DNA of 64,000 nucleotides from Paraspadella gotoi (GCA_051294375.1 CM119264.1:31353115-31417114), one strand, 5' to 3'. Numbered from the stretch's first letter, positions 1-13,979 are shown. The notes: generated from the letters alone by a model not told the origin. Numbers and translations: made by a program.

Positions 1-71
1 GTCTCTCACATCTTTTTTTGTCTATCAGTTCTTTGCTCATTCTTATCAATCCTTCATGACACTTCTATCTT

Positions 72-769
72 CGGCCTTATTTTCGTAAAATGCCCCATTT
101 CGTCTAAAATTCGGGATTAAATTATTTTTGAGGATAAAAGATTAGGTTAAAAGTTAGGGTTAGGGATTAGGTTAAGGATTAGGTTAAGGATTAGGTTAAG
201 GATTAGGTTAAGGATTTGGTTAAGGATTAGGTTAAGGATTAGGTTAAGGATTAGGTTAAAGATTAGTGTTAGCGATTAGGTTAAGGATTAGGTTAAGGAT
301 TAGGTTAAGGATTGATTGTTAAGTGTCATCTCATGCACCGAGTAGTTTGATAAAGAAAAACATCGATTTGGGAAACAGTGCTAATTTTATTTAGACCATG
401 CATTCAAACCATTTAGCTGGTTCATTATTCAAGGCCAGGCTTGAATAATGAACCAGCTAAATGGTTTGAATGCATGGTCTAAATAAAATTAGCACTGTTT
501 CCCAAATCGATGTTTTTCTTTAGGTTAAGGATTAGTGTTAGCGATTAGGTTATAAATTAGCGTTAGGGATTAGAGTTAAGGTGAGTGATAACCGATTACA
601 GTTTAGTTTTAGTATTAAGGATTAGATTAATGTTAGATAATAAGGTTAAGGATTAGAATTAAGAATTAAGTCTAAGGTTTAATAACAAATTAAATTTGAA
701 TATTAAGCATAAAATTAAGTTCACGAATTAAAAAACAGAAATTGGGCGCAATTGAAAAAAAAAGCTCTG
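72..769. mobile_element. Non-autonomous TIR element with an internal telomere-like (GATTAGGTTAAG)n / TTAGG array
   Basis: Imperfect TIRs CGGCCTTATTTTCGTAAAATGCCCC and GGGCGCAATTGAAAAAAAAAGCTCTG enclose the degenerate TTAGG array (141-680). The same end motifs bracket a second TTAGG array at 58113-58377. Confidence 0.55.
351..522. repeat. Perfect inverted repeat: 83-bp arms, 6-nt spacer
   Basis: 351-433 (TAAAGAAAAACATCG...ATTCAAG) is the exact reverse complement of 440-522, with spacer GCCAGG. It is also present in the noisy copy at ~13031-13209. Confidence 0.95.
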
Positions 770-1042
770 CTCTTTTTGCTTTTAATTGTTTCTATACTTT
801 TCTCTATCATTTCTTTTCTCTCTCCTTCACTCATTATCTCACTTCTCTCACTTAACTTTTCTCATTCCTTATTTCATTTCTTCTATCACTCCTCTGTCAC
901 TTGACCATCATAACTTATTTTCGCTTCTCTTCTTGGGTCCGCCCCCAATCTACGAGGGAAGGAGAGGGAGAGGGAGATAGAGATNNNNNNNNNNNNNNNN
1001 NNNNNNNNNGAGAGAGAGAGAGAGAGAGGAGAGGGAGGAGAG

Positions 1043-1080
<38 letters not shown>

Positions 1081-1243
1081 TGAGAGGAGAGAGAGAGAGA
1101 AGGAGAGGATCCGCCCCACTCATCGCGGGATCTCCATTCAAAAGATTACTCAAGGCAAAATGGTAAAGAATAAGTTGGGAAAAGAAATGAAGAGAGAGAG
1201 AGACAGAGAGGGATAGAGACAGAAATAGAGCGAGAGAGAGAAA

Positions 1244-1279
<36 letters not shown>

Positions 1280-1694
1280 AGAGAGGAGAGAGATTGCACC
1301 TTTTATATTTATGTAAAGTATTTGATAACGAAACAACAAAAAAGAAACTCAAACATATATATATATATAATATAAATATAATTCATACCAATTTGAACAT
1401 CAAAACGAAAAGAATGCCAACGTTCGATAGACTAAAAGTTTCAGACGATTGAAAAGAATAAAAAAGGGTAAAGACAAGAAGTACAGATGGGAGAATAGAA
1501 TGAAGAACAGATGGTAACAGATGATAGAACAGATGTGAAAAACAGATGGGAGTTCAAATTGGGAGTACAGGATGAGAACAGTATGGGAATTCTCTCTCTT
1601 TTAAGCAAAAAATGGTAAAGAATAAGTTGGGAAAAGAATGAAGAGAGAGAGAGACAGAGAGGGATAGAGACAGAAATAGAGCGAGAGAGAGAAA

Positions 1695-1746
<52 letters not shown>

Positions 1747-1939
1747 CCTTTTATATTATGTAAAGTATTTGATAACGAAACAACAAAAAGAAACTCAAAC
1801 ATATAATATAATATAATATAATATAATATAATATAATATAATCATACCAATTTGAACATCAAAACGAAAAGAATGCCAACGTTCGATAGACTAAAAAGTT
1901 CAGACGATGAAAAGAATAAAAAAGGGTAAAAGACAAGAA

Positions 1940-2250
1940 GTACAGATGGGAGAAGAGATGGAAGAACAGATGGGATAACAGATGAGAGAACAGATGGGAA
2001 AACAGATGGGAGTTCAAATTGGAGTACAGATTGAGGAACAGATGGGAGAACAGATGAGAGTACAGGTGGGAGAACAGATGGGAGAACCGGTGGTAGAACA
2101 TATGGAAGAACAGATTGGAGAACAGATTGGAGACCAGATGGGAGAACACATGGAAAAACAGATGGAAAAACAGATGTGAGAACACATGGAAGAATAGATG
2201 GGTGACCAGATGCAAGAATAGATGGGAGAACAGATGGGAGAACAGATGGG
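1940..2250. repeat. 12-bp minisatellite (GAACAGATGGGA)n
   Basis: Visible tandem units that resume after 2934 beyond the hAT MITE. Source of the EQMG / FSHL ORFs. Confidence 0.9.
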
Positions 2251-2253
2251 TAG

Positions 2254-2926
2254 TACGGCGTAGTAAAATTCCTAAGTTTAACTTTAATTAAAATTCTAAA
2301 AGTGAGGAACGAACAACATTATACTTATGAACATTTATGCTAATTAAAAGAAAAATTTCTAATAATATTTTACAAATTTACACCGCAGTAGGCCCCTATA
2401 CACATCTGTATATCTGTACTAAACCACAAAATTGTTAAAATTTCAAAAACAGTTTTTTTCTTAAGTTATCTTTTTGCCAGATTTGGATTCGTCATTAAAA
2501 AGCTTGATTAAAAAGAAAAATAACTCTTTTGAAGTAAAAATTTCCTTCATAAAGTGGGTCAAAATTTAGATAAAAAAGCTATTATTTTAAGCTGAAAATT
2601 AACTTTTATATATTAATATATAGTTTTTTTAATTTTTAACCCACTTAATGAAATCAATTTTTTAAAAAAAATGGAATTATATTTTCTTCTATCAACTTTT
2701 GACACGAGCGAATCTCAAATCTGCAATCAAAAATAAGAAAGCCTATTTTGAAATTTTCGATTTATAAAGGATAGTATACTATATATAAATATTAGCTCCT
2801 ACTGCGAAAATTAAAAAAAACATAACAAATTAATTGTTTTTTTACAAATTTAAGTTCACTGAATGGTTATTTTTTTCATAATTGACTTTTAAGAATTTTC
2901 GTATTGTAACTTTTCACTACGCCTTA
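2254..2926. mobile_element. hAT-type MITE (fold-back), redundant copies at ~7631-8267 and ~14562-15234
   Basis: Ends TACGGCGTAGTAAAA and TTTTCACTACGCCTTA; 8-bp direct repeat ATGGGTAG at 2246-2253 and 2927-2934; interior is an imperfect palindrome; it interrupts the 12-bp minisatellite. An 8-bp TSD is characteristic of hAT. Confidence 0.85.
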
Positions 2927-3309
2927 ATGGGTAGCGAGATTGAGGAATAGATAGCGGGATATCCGTGTTTTAAATTGGAAAGAGATTTTTGAAATGAAGG
3001 AAATTTATGGGTGAAACAGCATGGTTGTGAGAGATAACTCATTAAGGTGAACAGATGGACGGGACACAGATGATTATAAGGAAAAGAAGAGAGGATTAAT
3101 AAGGACAGGGGAAGAACGGCAGAGGAGGTAGTGAGAGATGGGAGGAGAGACGAAGGACAGGAGAGATAAAAGATTACAACTATATGATAATGATATTTGT
3201 CTTGCGATGGCCTAGTCGTCAGTCTCGTCCGTCGTCGTCGTCGGTCGTCGTTTGGAATTCGATGAAAAAAATCATCACAGACCGCAAAAAGAGTCGCGAA
3301 ATTTTGAGA

Positions 3310-3357
<48 letters not shown>

Positions 3358-4112
3358 CAGCAGAGAGAGAGAGAGAGTGAGAGAAGAGAGACAAGAAAGA
3401 GAGAGAACAGTAGAGAGAGAGAGAAGAAAGAGAGGACGAGGTTACAAGAGAGAGAAGACCTGATGAAGACGAGAGAAGGAGAGGAGAAGAGGAGAGAGAA
3501 AGGATAGGAAGATGAGAGAGGCAGGGAAGATGAGAAAGACAGAAGAGAGAGAGAGACAGAAGAATAGAGAGAGAGAGACGAGTCAACGAAGAAGCGACGA
3601 GACGAGAGGGGTAAAGAGAGGGTGAGAGAGAGAGAGAAGACGTGAGAAGAGAGCAGATCTGTGCAAGAGAAGGAGCAGATGAGACGAGATGAGCCAGTGA
3701 ACATAGAGACGAGAAGACTCCGACGCGATGAGACGAGGAAAAAGAACGAGATTACAACGATGAGCGAGAAGAGAACGGTAGAGAACGTACTGATATGATT
3801 TATAGGGTTAGAAATTGTGAGATTACAGAGATGGAGGTATAGAGAAGAAGTGATTTGAGAAGACTAGCGTAGAAAGTCGAGATGAGAGAGAAGAGACAGA
3901 AGAAATTTAGCGAGAAGAGAAATGGCAGAATATGCCGCACAACTAATAACTCGGAGAGAGAATTGAGGAGACGAGGGAGTGTGTTATGACGATTTGGCCA
4001 CCGAGAGAGATAAGGAAGAGGAGGGGATAAATTTGACGGCGAGTTTATTCTTATACGTTTCATTTTCCGACTCTTATTACTTATTGCCGAATTTCGATTT
4101 TACTTCTTTTAG

Positions 4113-4356
4113 CTCGACAGAACAGACAGGAAAGACAGACAGAAAGCAAACGAAAGAAGATAGACCAGGCTGATTTTCTGAGAAAAAAAACGTTTAAAAG
4201 GAGAAAGAGAGAAAAGATCTTATGAAAGAACGAGACACGGCGTTGAAGTGCCACGGCGCCGCTGGGCAATGACAAGCGTGGCATAAATGGACACGTGTTG
4301 AACCCGAGACATTGCATCCCGCAATGACGTTCCATGGCGCTGCGTCCCTCGCATAA
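4113..4356 (+). CDS. Candidate terminal exon of an unidentified gene A (copy 1; also 9608-9862 and 16206-16418)
   Basis: Polypyrimidine plus TTTTAG acceptor in all three copies. Manual consensus reads PTDRQKDRQKANGKIDQADFLKKTFKRRKREKILKERDTAFEVTTAPLANDKPWQYDTLNPSIASRNGLPWRVPSQ-stop; each individual copy is frameshifted by read errors. Confidence 0.5.
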
Positions 4357-5341
4357 AGACCGATCGGTCAGAACGTCTGCCACCAATTCAATAATCAAAG
4401 CAAAAAACGGCGAACGCAAGAAATCTCTCTCACTTTTTTCCCTGATTTTTTTTGATAATTGGACGCGAAGAGGAAGAGAGGGAGGAAGAGGAAGAAAGGG
4501 AGGAAGATGAGAGGAGGGAGGAAGAGGAGGAAAGGGAGAAAGAAAGAGGAAGAGAAAGAGGAGGAGAGAGGAGAAAAGGGAGAAAGAAGAAGAGGAGGAG
4601 GAAGAGAAGAGGAAGAGGAGGAAGGTAGGAAAGAAGAAGAGAGAGAAGGAGGAAGAAGAGGCAGGAGAAAGAGGCAGGAGAGGGAAAAGGGAGGAAGAAG
4701 AAGAGATGGAGGAAGAGAGGAAGAGAAAAAAAAGAGGAAGAAAGAAAAGAGAGGAGGAAGAGGAGAAGAAGAGAGGAGGAGGAAAGAGGGAGGAAGGGTA
4801 GGAAGATGAAGAGGAGGAGAAAGAAAGAGGAGGAAGAAGAGCGAAAGAGGCGGAAGAGGCGGGAAGGAGAGAAGGGGAAGCGATGAGAATGAGGAAAGTG
4901 GGAGGCAGAGGCAGAAAAGGGAGGAAAGAAGAAGAAGAGGCAAGAGGAAGAAGAGGAAGAAAGGGAGGAAGAATTACGAGGAGGAAAGGAGGGGGACAGA
5001 GAAAATTAACTTAAAATATGATAAAGATAATTAATTAAAATTATTTTTAATAAATATTCATATTTTTATTGAATTTAATTTATCTCAAGGGGTTTTAAGT
5101 GTGGACTCAGTCTTTTCTTTGAGTTAAATCAAAATATTTCGATATGATAATTAAAATTAGTAATGTAAGAGGTGATTGAAAGTGATGAAGCAATTTAAAT
5201 GTGATGTAAGCTCATGAAATGACTTGATGCGGTTGATTTTGGTTTTTGCATGTGATGGATAGTGATTGAACGGTGGACCTTCGCATGAGGACGGTGAAAA
5301 TTGTGAGAGAAAATGGATTTTGGAAAGAATTCCGGGAAAGT

Positions 5342-5372
<31 letters not shown>

Positions 5373-7419
5373 TGAGGAAGAAGAGAAGAGAGAGAGAAAG
5401 AGGGAGAGACAGAGAGAGAGAGAGAGAGACGGAGAGAGAGAGAGAGAGAGACATCGAGAGAATACTTGGTCGAATGCGAAGAAAATGGTCGTTTTTTGCT
5501 GAACCGAATTCTGAACCTCAGGGAAGGGGGGACAGAAGAAGGGGGAAGGGGGAAAGGGGGAAGGAGGAAGGGAGAAGAGGGGAAATAGTGGGAAAGGAGG
5601 AAAGGTGAGAAGGGAGGAAGGGATTGGGGGAAAGCGGGATGGGGAAGGAGTAAAATGAGAAGGGCAAGTGGAAGGAGGTAAGGGAAAAAGGGGGAAAGGA
5701 GGATGGGGAAGGGGAATTGGGAAGGGGGATGGGGAGAAAGGGAGAAGGGTAAAATGGAAGGATAAAGGGGGATGGGGGAAAGGGGGAAGGGGAAAAGGGG
5801 GAAGGCCAAAGGGGAAGGAGTAAAAGGGAAAAAAGGGGGAAAGGGGGATGGGGGAAGGGGGGAAGGGGAAAAAATGAAAGAGGGGGAAAAAAGGGAAGGG
5901 GTGAAAGGGAGAAAGGGAGAAGGGAGGAGAGAGGAAAGAAGGTAACGAGGTAGGAGGAAAGGAGGAGGGGTTTAACGCGAGGTAAGGTAGTTATGGGGAA
6001 AAGGAGGAAAGGGAAAGAAGCATTATGGAAAGGGAGGAGGGGTAAGCGAAGCGTAAGGTAGTTATGGAAAAGGAGTCGACGCCAAGAAAGGTCATCCAAG
6101 CGAGAGGGAAGGTCGGCTCGAGGTAAGTCGAGTTAAAAGGTCATATATACCGAAAAACGGGGAAAGCGGAGACTTCTCGAAATCTTGACTTTTCCTTGAT
6201 TTTTTTTATTCCATTGGTCTTTTTTTTTTTGGCGGGAAAAAGAGAATTCATATTTTGGAGAGAGTATATACTGTTGTGAAACGAATTCTTTGTGTTAGTA
6301 TATACAATACATTTGTTATACATATCAATTATACAAGGTGATAGACAGACGCGGGGTCTATTAACCCCTCCTTCTCATTCACCTCCTCTTCAATCCTGCT
6401 CCCCAGGGATTCGGCGGCCGCGTTCACGAGATTCAGTTCACCTTTCTCTCTCTTCTCCTACTGTTTCTCTCCCTTTTTTTACCCTCATGATTGTCGCCGT
6501 ATAGATTTTCCTGCCGTCAATTATATATTTTTCCCGCATCTCGTGACTTTACTTTCGGTTAGATACCTTTTCAGAGACATATATATAAAATACATTTGCT
6601 AGCTGAGTAATCTTTGGTTAATTCGACTTGATTTTTTAAAAATCATTTGCATATTGTAGCAGTCTAGATTATTTTTATGACTATCGAATTCTTCTTCATT
6701 AGAATGTGAAAGATTATTATTTTTAACATTAATACACATTTTCTTACGGCTGACGCGAATAGATAGATTAGTTGCTCGACTAATATGATAACTGTCCTAC
6801 GTCAAAGTTCAAGTTTCTCCTAGAAATTTCACATTTCGTCATTGTCATTTCCCTGTTCGATTTTAGCCGTAAAGCGAAGAGGGAAAACGGCGGAGGAAAA
6901 TTAAGTATCTGGAGTTATTTTTATTTATCTCGAAACGTCGTGGAGAGCCCAAGTTGAGTTGCTTCGCGAGCCAGCGGACCAAAACGTCTTTTAGCAAGTG
7001 GAAGTTTATATTTTAAGCTCATATTTAATGTCACCTTTTATATTTTTAAATTCGAAATTAAATTACATTAATTGTAGCCTCGATTTCATGTGGAGAAAAC
7101 ATTGAAAATCCGATTACTCGTCATATTTGATTGTCTGATGATTGATGAATGAATTTACATAAATCCTTCCTAATTCTGAAACCGTCCTTTTCTCGAAACC
7201 AAAGTCAGACAACGATTATCCAAAACAAATTGTTCGAACCCACAAACTAGTTATGATATAGAAAGACGGATAAAAATTATAACATGAAATTATATTGTAA
7301 AAATTGAGCAGTAAAAACAGAACAAAAAAGTTTTAGGAAAAAAAATTCATATAAAAACGTTTTTTCCCAGTAGACCTATAGAATGATGGTTATGCCAACC
7401 CTTGTCAAAATCTCTCTCT

Positions 7420-7466
<47 letters not shown>

Positions 7467-7630
7467 CTTCTCTCTCTCTTCTCTCTCTCTCATCTCTCGC
7501 GGACTCTCTTTCTCCTTTTTCTCTATTTCGCATTTGTTAAATGCTATGGCCTGACACCATAAGGCAAATGACATCAGGTTTAACTCCTCTCAATCTCTCT
7601 CTTTTNNNNNNNNNNNNNNNNNNNNNNNNN

Positions 7631-8524
7631 CTACTTATGAACATTTATGTAATTTAAAAGAAAACATTTCTTAATAATATTTTACAAATTTTACACACCC
7701 TCGCAGTGGCCACCTATTTACACATGCTCGTATACTCTGCTACTAAAACCAAAAAAATTTGTTTAAAAATTCAAAAACAGTTTTTGTTCTTAATAGATTT
7801 ATTTTTTGCCAGATTATGGATTTCCGTCCATTAAAAAGCTGATTAAAAAGAAAGAATAACTCTTTTTTGACAATAAAAATTTCCTTCATTAAAGTGGCTG
7901 TCAAAAATTAGAAAAAAGCTATCTATTTTAAGCTGAAAATTAACTTTTTATATATTAAAATGATATAGTTTTTTTAATTTTTTAACCCACTTTAATGAAA
8001 TTCAATTTTTAAAAAAAATGAATTATATTTTCTTTATCAACTTTTGGACACGAGCGAATTGCAAATCTGCAATCAAAAATTAAGAAAGCCTATTTTGAAA
8101 TTTTCGATTTTATAAGGATAGTTACTATATATAAATATAGCCTCTACTGCGAAAATAATAAAAAACATACAAATTAACCTTTTTTTACAAATTTAATGTC
8201 ACTGAATGGTTATTTTTTTCATAATTGACTTTTAAGAATTTTCGTATGTAACTTTCACTACGCCTTAATGGGTAGAGATGAGGAATAGATAGGAGGATAT
8301 CGTGTTTTAAATTGGAAAGATATTTGAATGAAGGAAATTATGGTGAACAGATGGTGAGAGATAACTATTAAGGGGAACAGATGAGGGAACAGATGATTAT
8401 AAGGAAAAAGAAGAGGAGGGAATAGAAGGAGGAGGAACGGAGGAGTAGATGGGAGGAGGAGACGAAAGGAGGAGAGATAAAGATTACAACATTTATATGA
8501 TAATGATTTTGTGCGATGGTCCTA

Positions 8525-8556
<32 letters not shown>

Positions 8557-9960
8557 TGGAAATCGACTGAAAAAAAATCACTCCAGACGCAAAAAGAGTC
8601 GGCGGAATTTTGAGAAGAGAGAGAGAGAGAGAGCGGAGAGAGAGAGAGAGAGAGAGAGAGAGCAGCAGAGAGAGAGAGAGAGTGCAGAGAGAGAGAGGAA
8701 AGAAAGAGAGAGAACAGTAGAGAGAGAGAGAAGAAAGAGAGACGAGGTTACGAGAGAGTGAGAGAAAGACCCTGATGAGAGACGAGAGAGAGGAAAGAGA
8801 GAGAGAGGACGAAGAAGAAAGAGAGAGACGGAGAGGATAGGACAGAATGAGAGAGGCTTCTACGCGAGAAGAGTGAGAAAGGACAGTGAACAGAGAGAGA
8901 GAGACGAAGAGAGGAAAGAAGAGAGAGAGACGAGGCGTCGAGAGGACCGAGAGAAAGACTGACATCGAGACGAGAGGGATCGTGAGAGAGAGAGTCGGAC
9001 TGAGAGAGAAGAGAGAAGACTGCAGAAAGAGACCTGCATGAAGTCCTGTGCACGAGAGGAGAGATGAGACGAGATGACGGCCGTGAACATAGAGAACGAG
9101 AAGACCCGACGCGATACAGACGACCGAGCGTAGAAAAGTAACAATTTTACAACCACTTTCCAGCTGGACAAGACACGTGAGAACCTGTACGTGATATATT
9201 TATATGGTGTTTTTATAAAAAATCCTTCACTTTCACAGGATAGGTATAGAGAAAGAAACGTGAGTTTTGAGAAGACTAGCGTGTCCAAAAGTCGAGTATA
9301 TGAAAGAGAAGAGACAGAAGAAAAAATTATAGCCCGAGGAAGTGAGGCAGAAGATGCTGCAGTCTCTAAATTTCATCGCCTGTCACCACAAACTAAATTT
9401 GAACTCGCGGACAGAAGAGAATCTGAGGAGACGAGGGGTGATAGTTTTTATGATCATTTTGGCCACCCAGAACGATACAGAAGAGGAGTCTCGTGGATCC
9501 AAAATTTTTGAGCCCGGCGATGAAAGCTTTTATATTTCTTTATTCGACGTTTCATTTTTCGCTCTTTTACTTTATTGTCCCGAAATTTCGATTTTACTTG
9601 CTTTTAGTCCGACAGACAGACAGAAAGACAACAGAAAGCAAAACGGGGAGCATAGACCAGGCTGATTTTTCTGAGAAAAAAACACGTTTTAAAAGGAGAG
9701 AAAGAGAGAAAAGATCTTGGACCTGAAAGAACGAGGACACGGCGTTTGAAGTGACCACGGCGCCGCTGGCCAAGACAAAGCCGTGGCAATATGACACGTT
9801 GACACCCGAGAATTGCATCCCGCAATGGGACGTTCCATGGGGCGCGCGTTCCTTCGCAATAAGACCGGTCTGTCTCAAACGTCTGCACACCAATTCAGAT
9901 ATTCAAAGCCAAAAACGAACGGCGACAAGAAATCTCTCTCACTTTTTCCCTCGATTTGTG
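7631..9960 (+). repeat. Redundant noisy copy of ~2320-4445 (assembly duplication)
   Basis: Collinear with copy 1, differs mainly by 1-nt indels, and starts right after a 25-N gap. Confidence 0.9.
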
Positions 9961-12771
9961 TGTTTTTCCCACTCAACATTGGTACGTGACCCACACAAAG
10001 GGGGTATACCTCGAGAGGGGCGGAGGTTAAGAGGTAATTCGAAAGGCGAGGGACAGTCCTATGGATACTCGAGTGCAGTCCTCTCAGGAATGAGGCGAGT
10101 CGTGGAACATGGGATCGCGGATCTCTACATCGATCAGTGCTCAGCGTTCTCTACATCACATCATCTCTGCATTAACGATCTCTGCTCGTCTGCTCTCTCT
10201 CTCGCGAGGTCTCCTCAGGTCAATGCTCATCTCTCTGCTCCGCCGGCCCCGCTGATAAAAAGAGAGGAGGAATAACAATGCATAAGATGATGTTTCTCCC
10301 GCTTTTCCAGATTGTCTGTTTTTTTCCCAACAAAGAATGTCTTTCTCATTTTTTTTGCGAGAAGAGTCGAGGGTCTCTTCATTGGCCCTTGCCTTTGCGA
10401 TTCAGGAAAGAAGAAAGAGAGCCCAAGGTGAGTTCATATGGAGCGTCACTGTTTCACCCCGCCGCACAGGAAAAGGGCCATTTCGCCCAAAAGTAGTTAG
10501 AGCCACAGGCCGACACTGGCGAAGCACCTCCGAAATGATGGTCAAGAGCCCCCCGGCGCGTTTCTACGAGACCAGTGCGGTTGATAGCATATTGTACTCG
10601 ACCGAGAAGCGGTGGCAAAAACTAGTCACAGGTCGAGCGAGAGAGCAATGGGCACGACGGGAGGCAGCAAGAGAGGCGGCAGATCACGAGGGACACGCGA
10701 GTCGGAGGGGTGCGAAGGGCGTACCGTCCTCCGGAACAAACCGCCGGAGGAACAAGTCGAACCACACCCACGTTTGTCAGCTGCGGTTCGGAAGACCGGA
10801 GGAAAGATGGGGCGTAATCTCCGACGAGCCTCCACACAGACCGCGAGATGCTATGAACACAAAGCATAGAAATATATAGAAAGGAGAGTTAGATGGGATG
10901 GAGACAGCACTGACACACGCGGCACCGAAGAGCGCCGTAGGCCAAACGGCAGGAGAGGAAGAGATGTAAGAGGGTGCGTAGGTGGAAGAGAGGCCTCCAG
11001 AACGCGAAAACTGGGAGAGGGAGAGAAGGAAAAAGAAGAGAAAAAGTTAGGAAGATTGTTTTCGACGTTATGGTTTAACTTTGAAAAAAGAATGAGTTTG
11101 CGCGAAGAGCGTCCAAATGCACGCACCTAGCCTCAGAGCGTATGTTTTGTATTTACAGAGAATTTTTAGTCGAAGGCATCTATTTGTACTCGGGCAAAAA
11201 AACCTTGCAGTTTGCGAAGATCATAAAGCACAATGAGGTCTCTTAGAGTATTTTTTTTTCTGCTTGGGCGCAGGAGCGAGCTTCTTTAATTAGACGACTC
11301 ATTGCGTTTTAACGAAATAGCTACCATTCTTATGCCCAAAAATCAAAAATATTTTGATGTAAATAATGGTAAAAGCACAACAAACACAATAAATTACAAC
11401 ATTAAATTTTACATGCACGCGCACATAACCTCTTTCAGTCAGTTCAAAAGCATGCTTCGAGCTGGAAGGAAAAAGGGCAATAAAAGGCAGCTTATGTCCA
11501 AGTCGGAATGAACGTTGAAGCGGCAATATTGCAAAAGAAGTTGGATGATATCGTTATAAACGAAATGATTTAAAGTTGAGGCCAGAGGTAGGACTTTTAA
11601 GTAGCGCAAGCTGAACTATATACAGGAGTCTTTGAGAAATTGTTGGATTCTTAAACAAAGTTGGAAGAACGATGAAAAGTGATCTTGCAAGCTTATGATG
11701 TACAAAGTATGTGTGTAATTCAAGAAAAGAGTGAGGAGAATTAAGACACAATGGCCACTTGTACAAAGAGTTTTGTGTTAAAATTATGAATGACGAAAGG
11801 GAGGATAAGGATGATCAACCGGAACTCTGCTTTTCGAACTGCTTCACAGTTGGAGCCGCGTTGCTGAAAGGGTTGGAGGATGTCTGGGGACACATTTTCT
11901 GGGGAAAAAGAAAAAAGTTAATGTATCTCTATTAATTAGGGTACTGTAATAAGTATGGCAACACACAGTGATACAAACCGTTTATTTGTAGGATTGGACC
12001 AAAAAGATATGAAAAAAAAAGAAATTATTTTGTTGAGCGAGATGACGAGAACTAGTCAAGCGGATTTATTATTATTTAATTGACGGTTTTATAACGACAG
12101 CTCTTATACTCAAGGAGATTCGGTTTGTGTTAACGGAGGAAATTTTAGATTGTGTGACTTCAGATCTTCTCTTTCTCTTGTAGTCGAGATCGCGAGGGTT
12201 AGAAGATTTCAAAAATAAAGACATACTTTCTGGTATTCATGGAATTAGCAGAAGTCTAGAGAGAAGTAATGATGACAAATGGTGAGAGATGTAGAAGTAG
12301 AGTAGAAAAAGTGAATGAAGCAATTTGAAAAGTGAGTGGAATGAGAGTAGAAGAGACCTCCTCAAAGATGATGAATCGGTTAATCATGCATGCTTGGGTC
12401 TTCGGCATTGACGCTGAGCGTTGAATGAACCTTCGACTAGCAGCGAAGAAGGGGCTTCGAGATAGATGTTGATGCGCCCGGGTAATTCGGAACTCAGTAT
12501 GCTGGAATGACAGTGTGAATATAAGAGCGGTGAAAACAGTGCTTCCGAGGCTGGAGCGGGGTGGGCGCTGCGATTTGGTCGCAGGACGGGTGAAATTTGT
12601 GAGTGCGGAAATGGTGAGCGAGTCTAGTGCACAGAAAAATAGTGCTCTCTGGAAGAGGGAGATAGCAGAGAGGTGACGTGAAGAGTCATTACGTGATTTG
12701 AAAAGAAACTAAGGCGGATGGAGAGAGAGAGTAATCTGTACGATTTCGGGTATCACGTGTAGAGCCTCTTT
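9960..12771. other. Very low-quality long-read tail, not real unique sequence
   Basis: Absent from the other copies. It contains, in order, stretched fragments of 5080-5320 (TTATACTCAAGG, TGTGACTTCAG, TGAAGCAATTT, GGACGGGTGAAATTTGTGAG) and ends at a 25-N gap. Confidence 0.75.
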
Positions 12772-13979
12772 NNNNNNNNNNNNNNNNNNNNNNNNNATTA
12801 TTTTTGAGAGATCAAAAAGATAGGTTAAAAAGTTAGAGGGATAGGTTTAGGGATTAGTGTTAAGAATTAGTAGGATTAGGTTAAGGATAGGTTAAGATTT
12901 GGTAAGGATTAGGTAAGGATTAGGTAAGGATAGGTAAGATTTAGTGTTAGCTAGCATTAGGGTTAAGGATTAGGTTAAGGATAGGTTAAGGATTGATTGT
13001 TAATGTATCTCATTCCACCGAGTAGTTTGATAAAGAAAAACATCGATTTGGGAAAAACAGTGCTTAATTTTATTAGACATGCATTCAACCATTTAGCTGC
13101 GTTCATTATTCAAGGCCAGGCTTTGTGAATAATGAAACCAGCTAAATTGTTTGAATGCATGGTGTCTAAATAAAATTAGGCACTGTCCCAAATCGATGTT
13201 TTTTCTTTAGGTTAAGGTTAAGTGTTAGCAATAGGTTAAAATAGCGTTAGGATTAGAGTTAAGGTGAAGTGATAACCGATTACAGTTTAGTTTTTAGTAT
13301 TAAAGATTAGATTAATGTAGATTAATAAGGCTTAAGCGATAGAATTAAGAATTAAGTCTAAGGTTTAATAACAAATTAAATTTGAATATTAGCATAAAAT
13401 TAAAGTTCACGAATTAAAAAACAGGAAATTGGGCGCGCAATTGAAAAAAAAAGCTCTGCTCTTTTGCTTTTTAATTGTTTTATACTTTTCTCTATCATTT
13501 CTTTTTCTCTCTCCTTCACTCATTATCTCACTTCTCTCACTTAACTTGCTCATTCCCTGTATTCATTTCTTCTTCACCCCCCTCTGCCACTTACCATCAT
13601 AACTTATTTTCGCTTCTCTTCTTGGGTCCGCCCCCAATCTAACGAGGGAAGGAGAGGGAGAGGAGATACGAGCAGATCAGGAGAGGGGGAGAGAGAGAGG
13701 AGAGGAAAGAGAGAAGAGAGGATGAGATGAAGAGAGAGAGAGAGGAGGGGGAGAGATAGAGAGGATAGAGAGAGAGGAGCAGAGAGCAGAGAGAGATGAG
13801 AGAAGCGGACGAGGAGAGAGAGAAGAAATAAATCCGCCCCACTCATCGCGGGATCTCCATTCAAAGATTACTCAAGGCAAAAAACATGGTAAAAGGAATA
13901 AGTTGGAAAAGAAATGAAGAGAGAGAGAGACAGAGGAGGGAATAGAGACCAGAGAATAGAGCAGAGAGAGAGAGAAAGA

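Noticed and set aside
141-680. True telomere
   Set aside because: Degenerate 12-bp units, internal position, bounded by inverted ends and repeated elsewhere in the window.
4395-6099. Pro/Leu/Ser- and Arg/Glu/Gly-rich ORFs here and at 27766-28548, 46799-47419 and 59947-60463
   Set aside because: Polypurine/polypyrimidine tracts lack stops by composition, and there is no splice or motif support.
9751-12771. Apparently complex unique ORFs (174 aa, 180 aa and others) suggesting a foreign or viral insert
   Set aside because: The segment is a degraded read tail containing stretched pieces of 5080-5320, with no recognisable motifs. Only the first ~35 codons derive from gene A.
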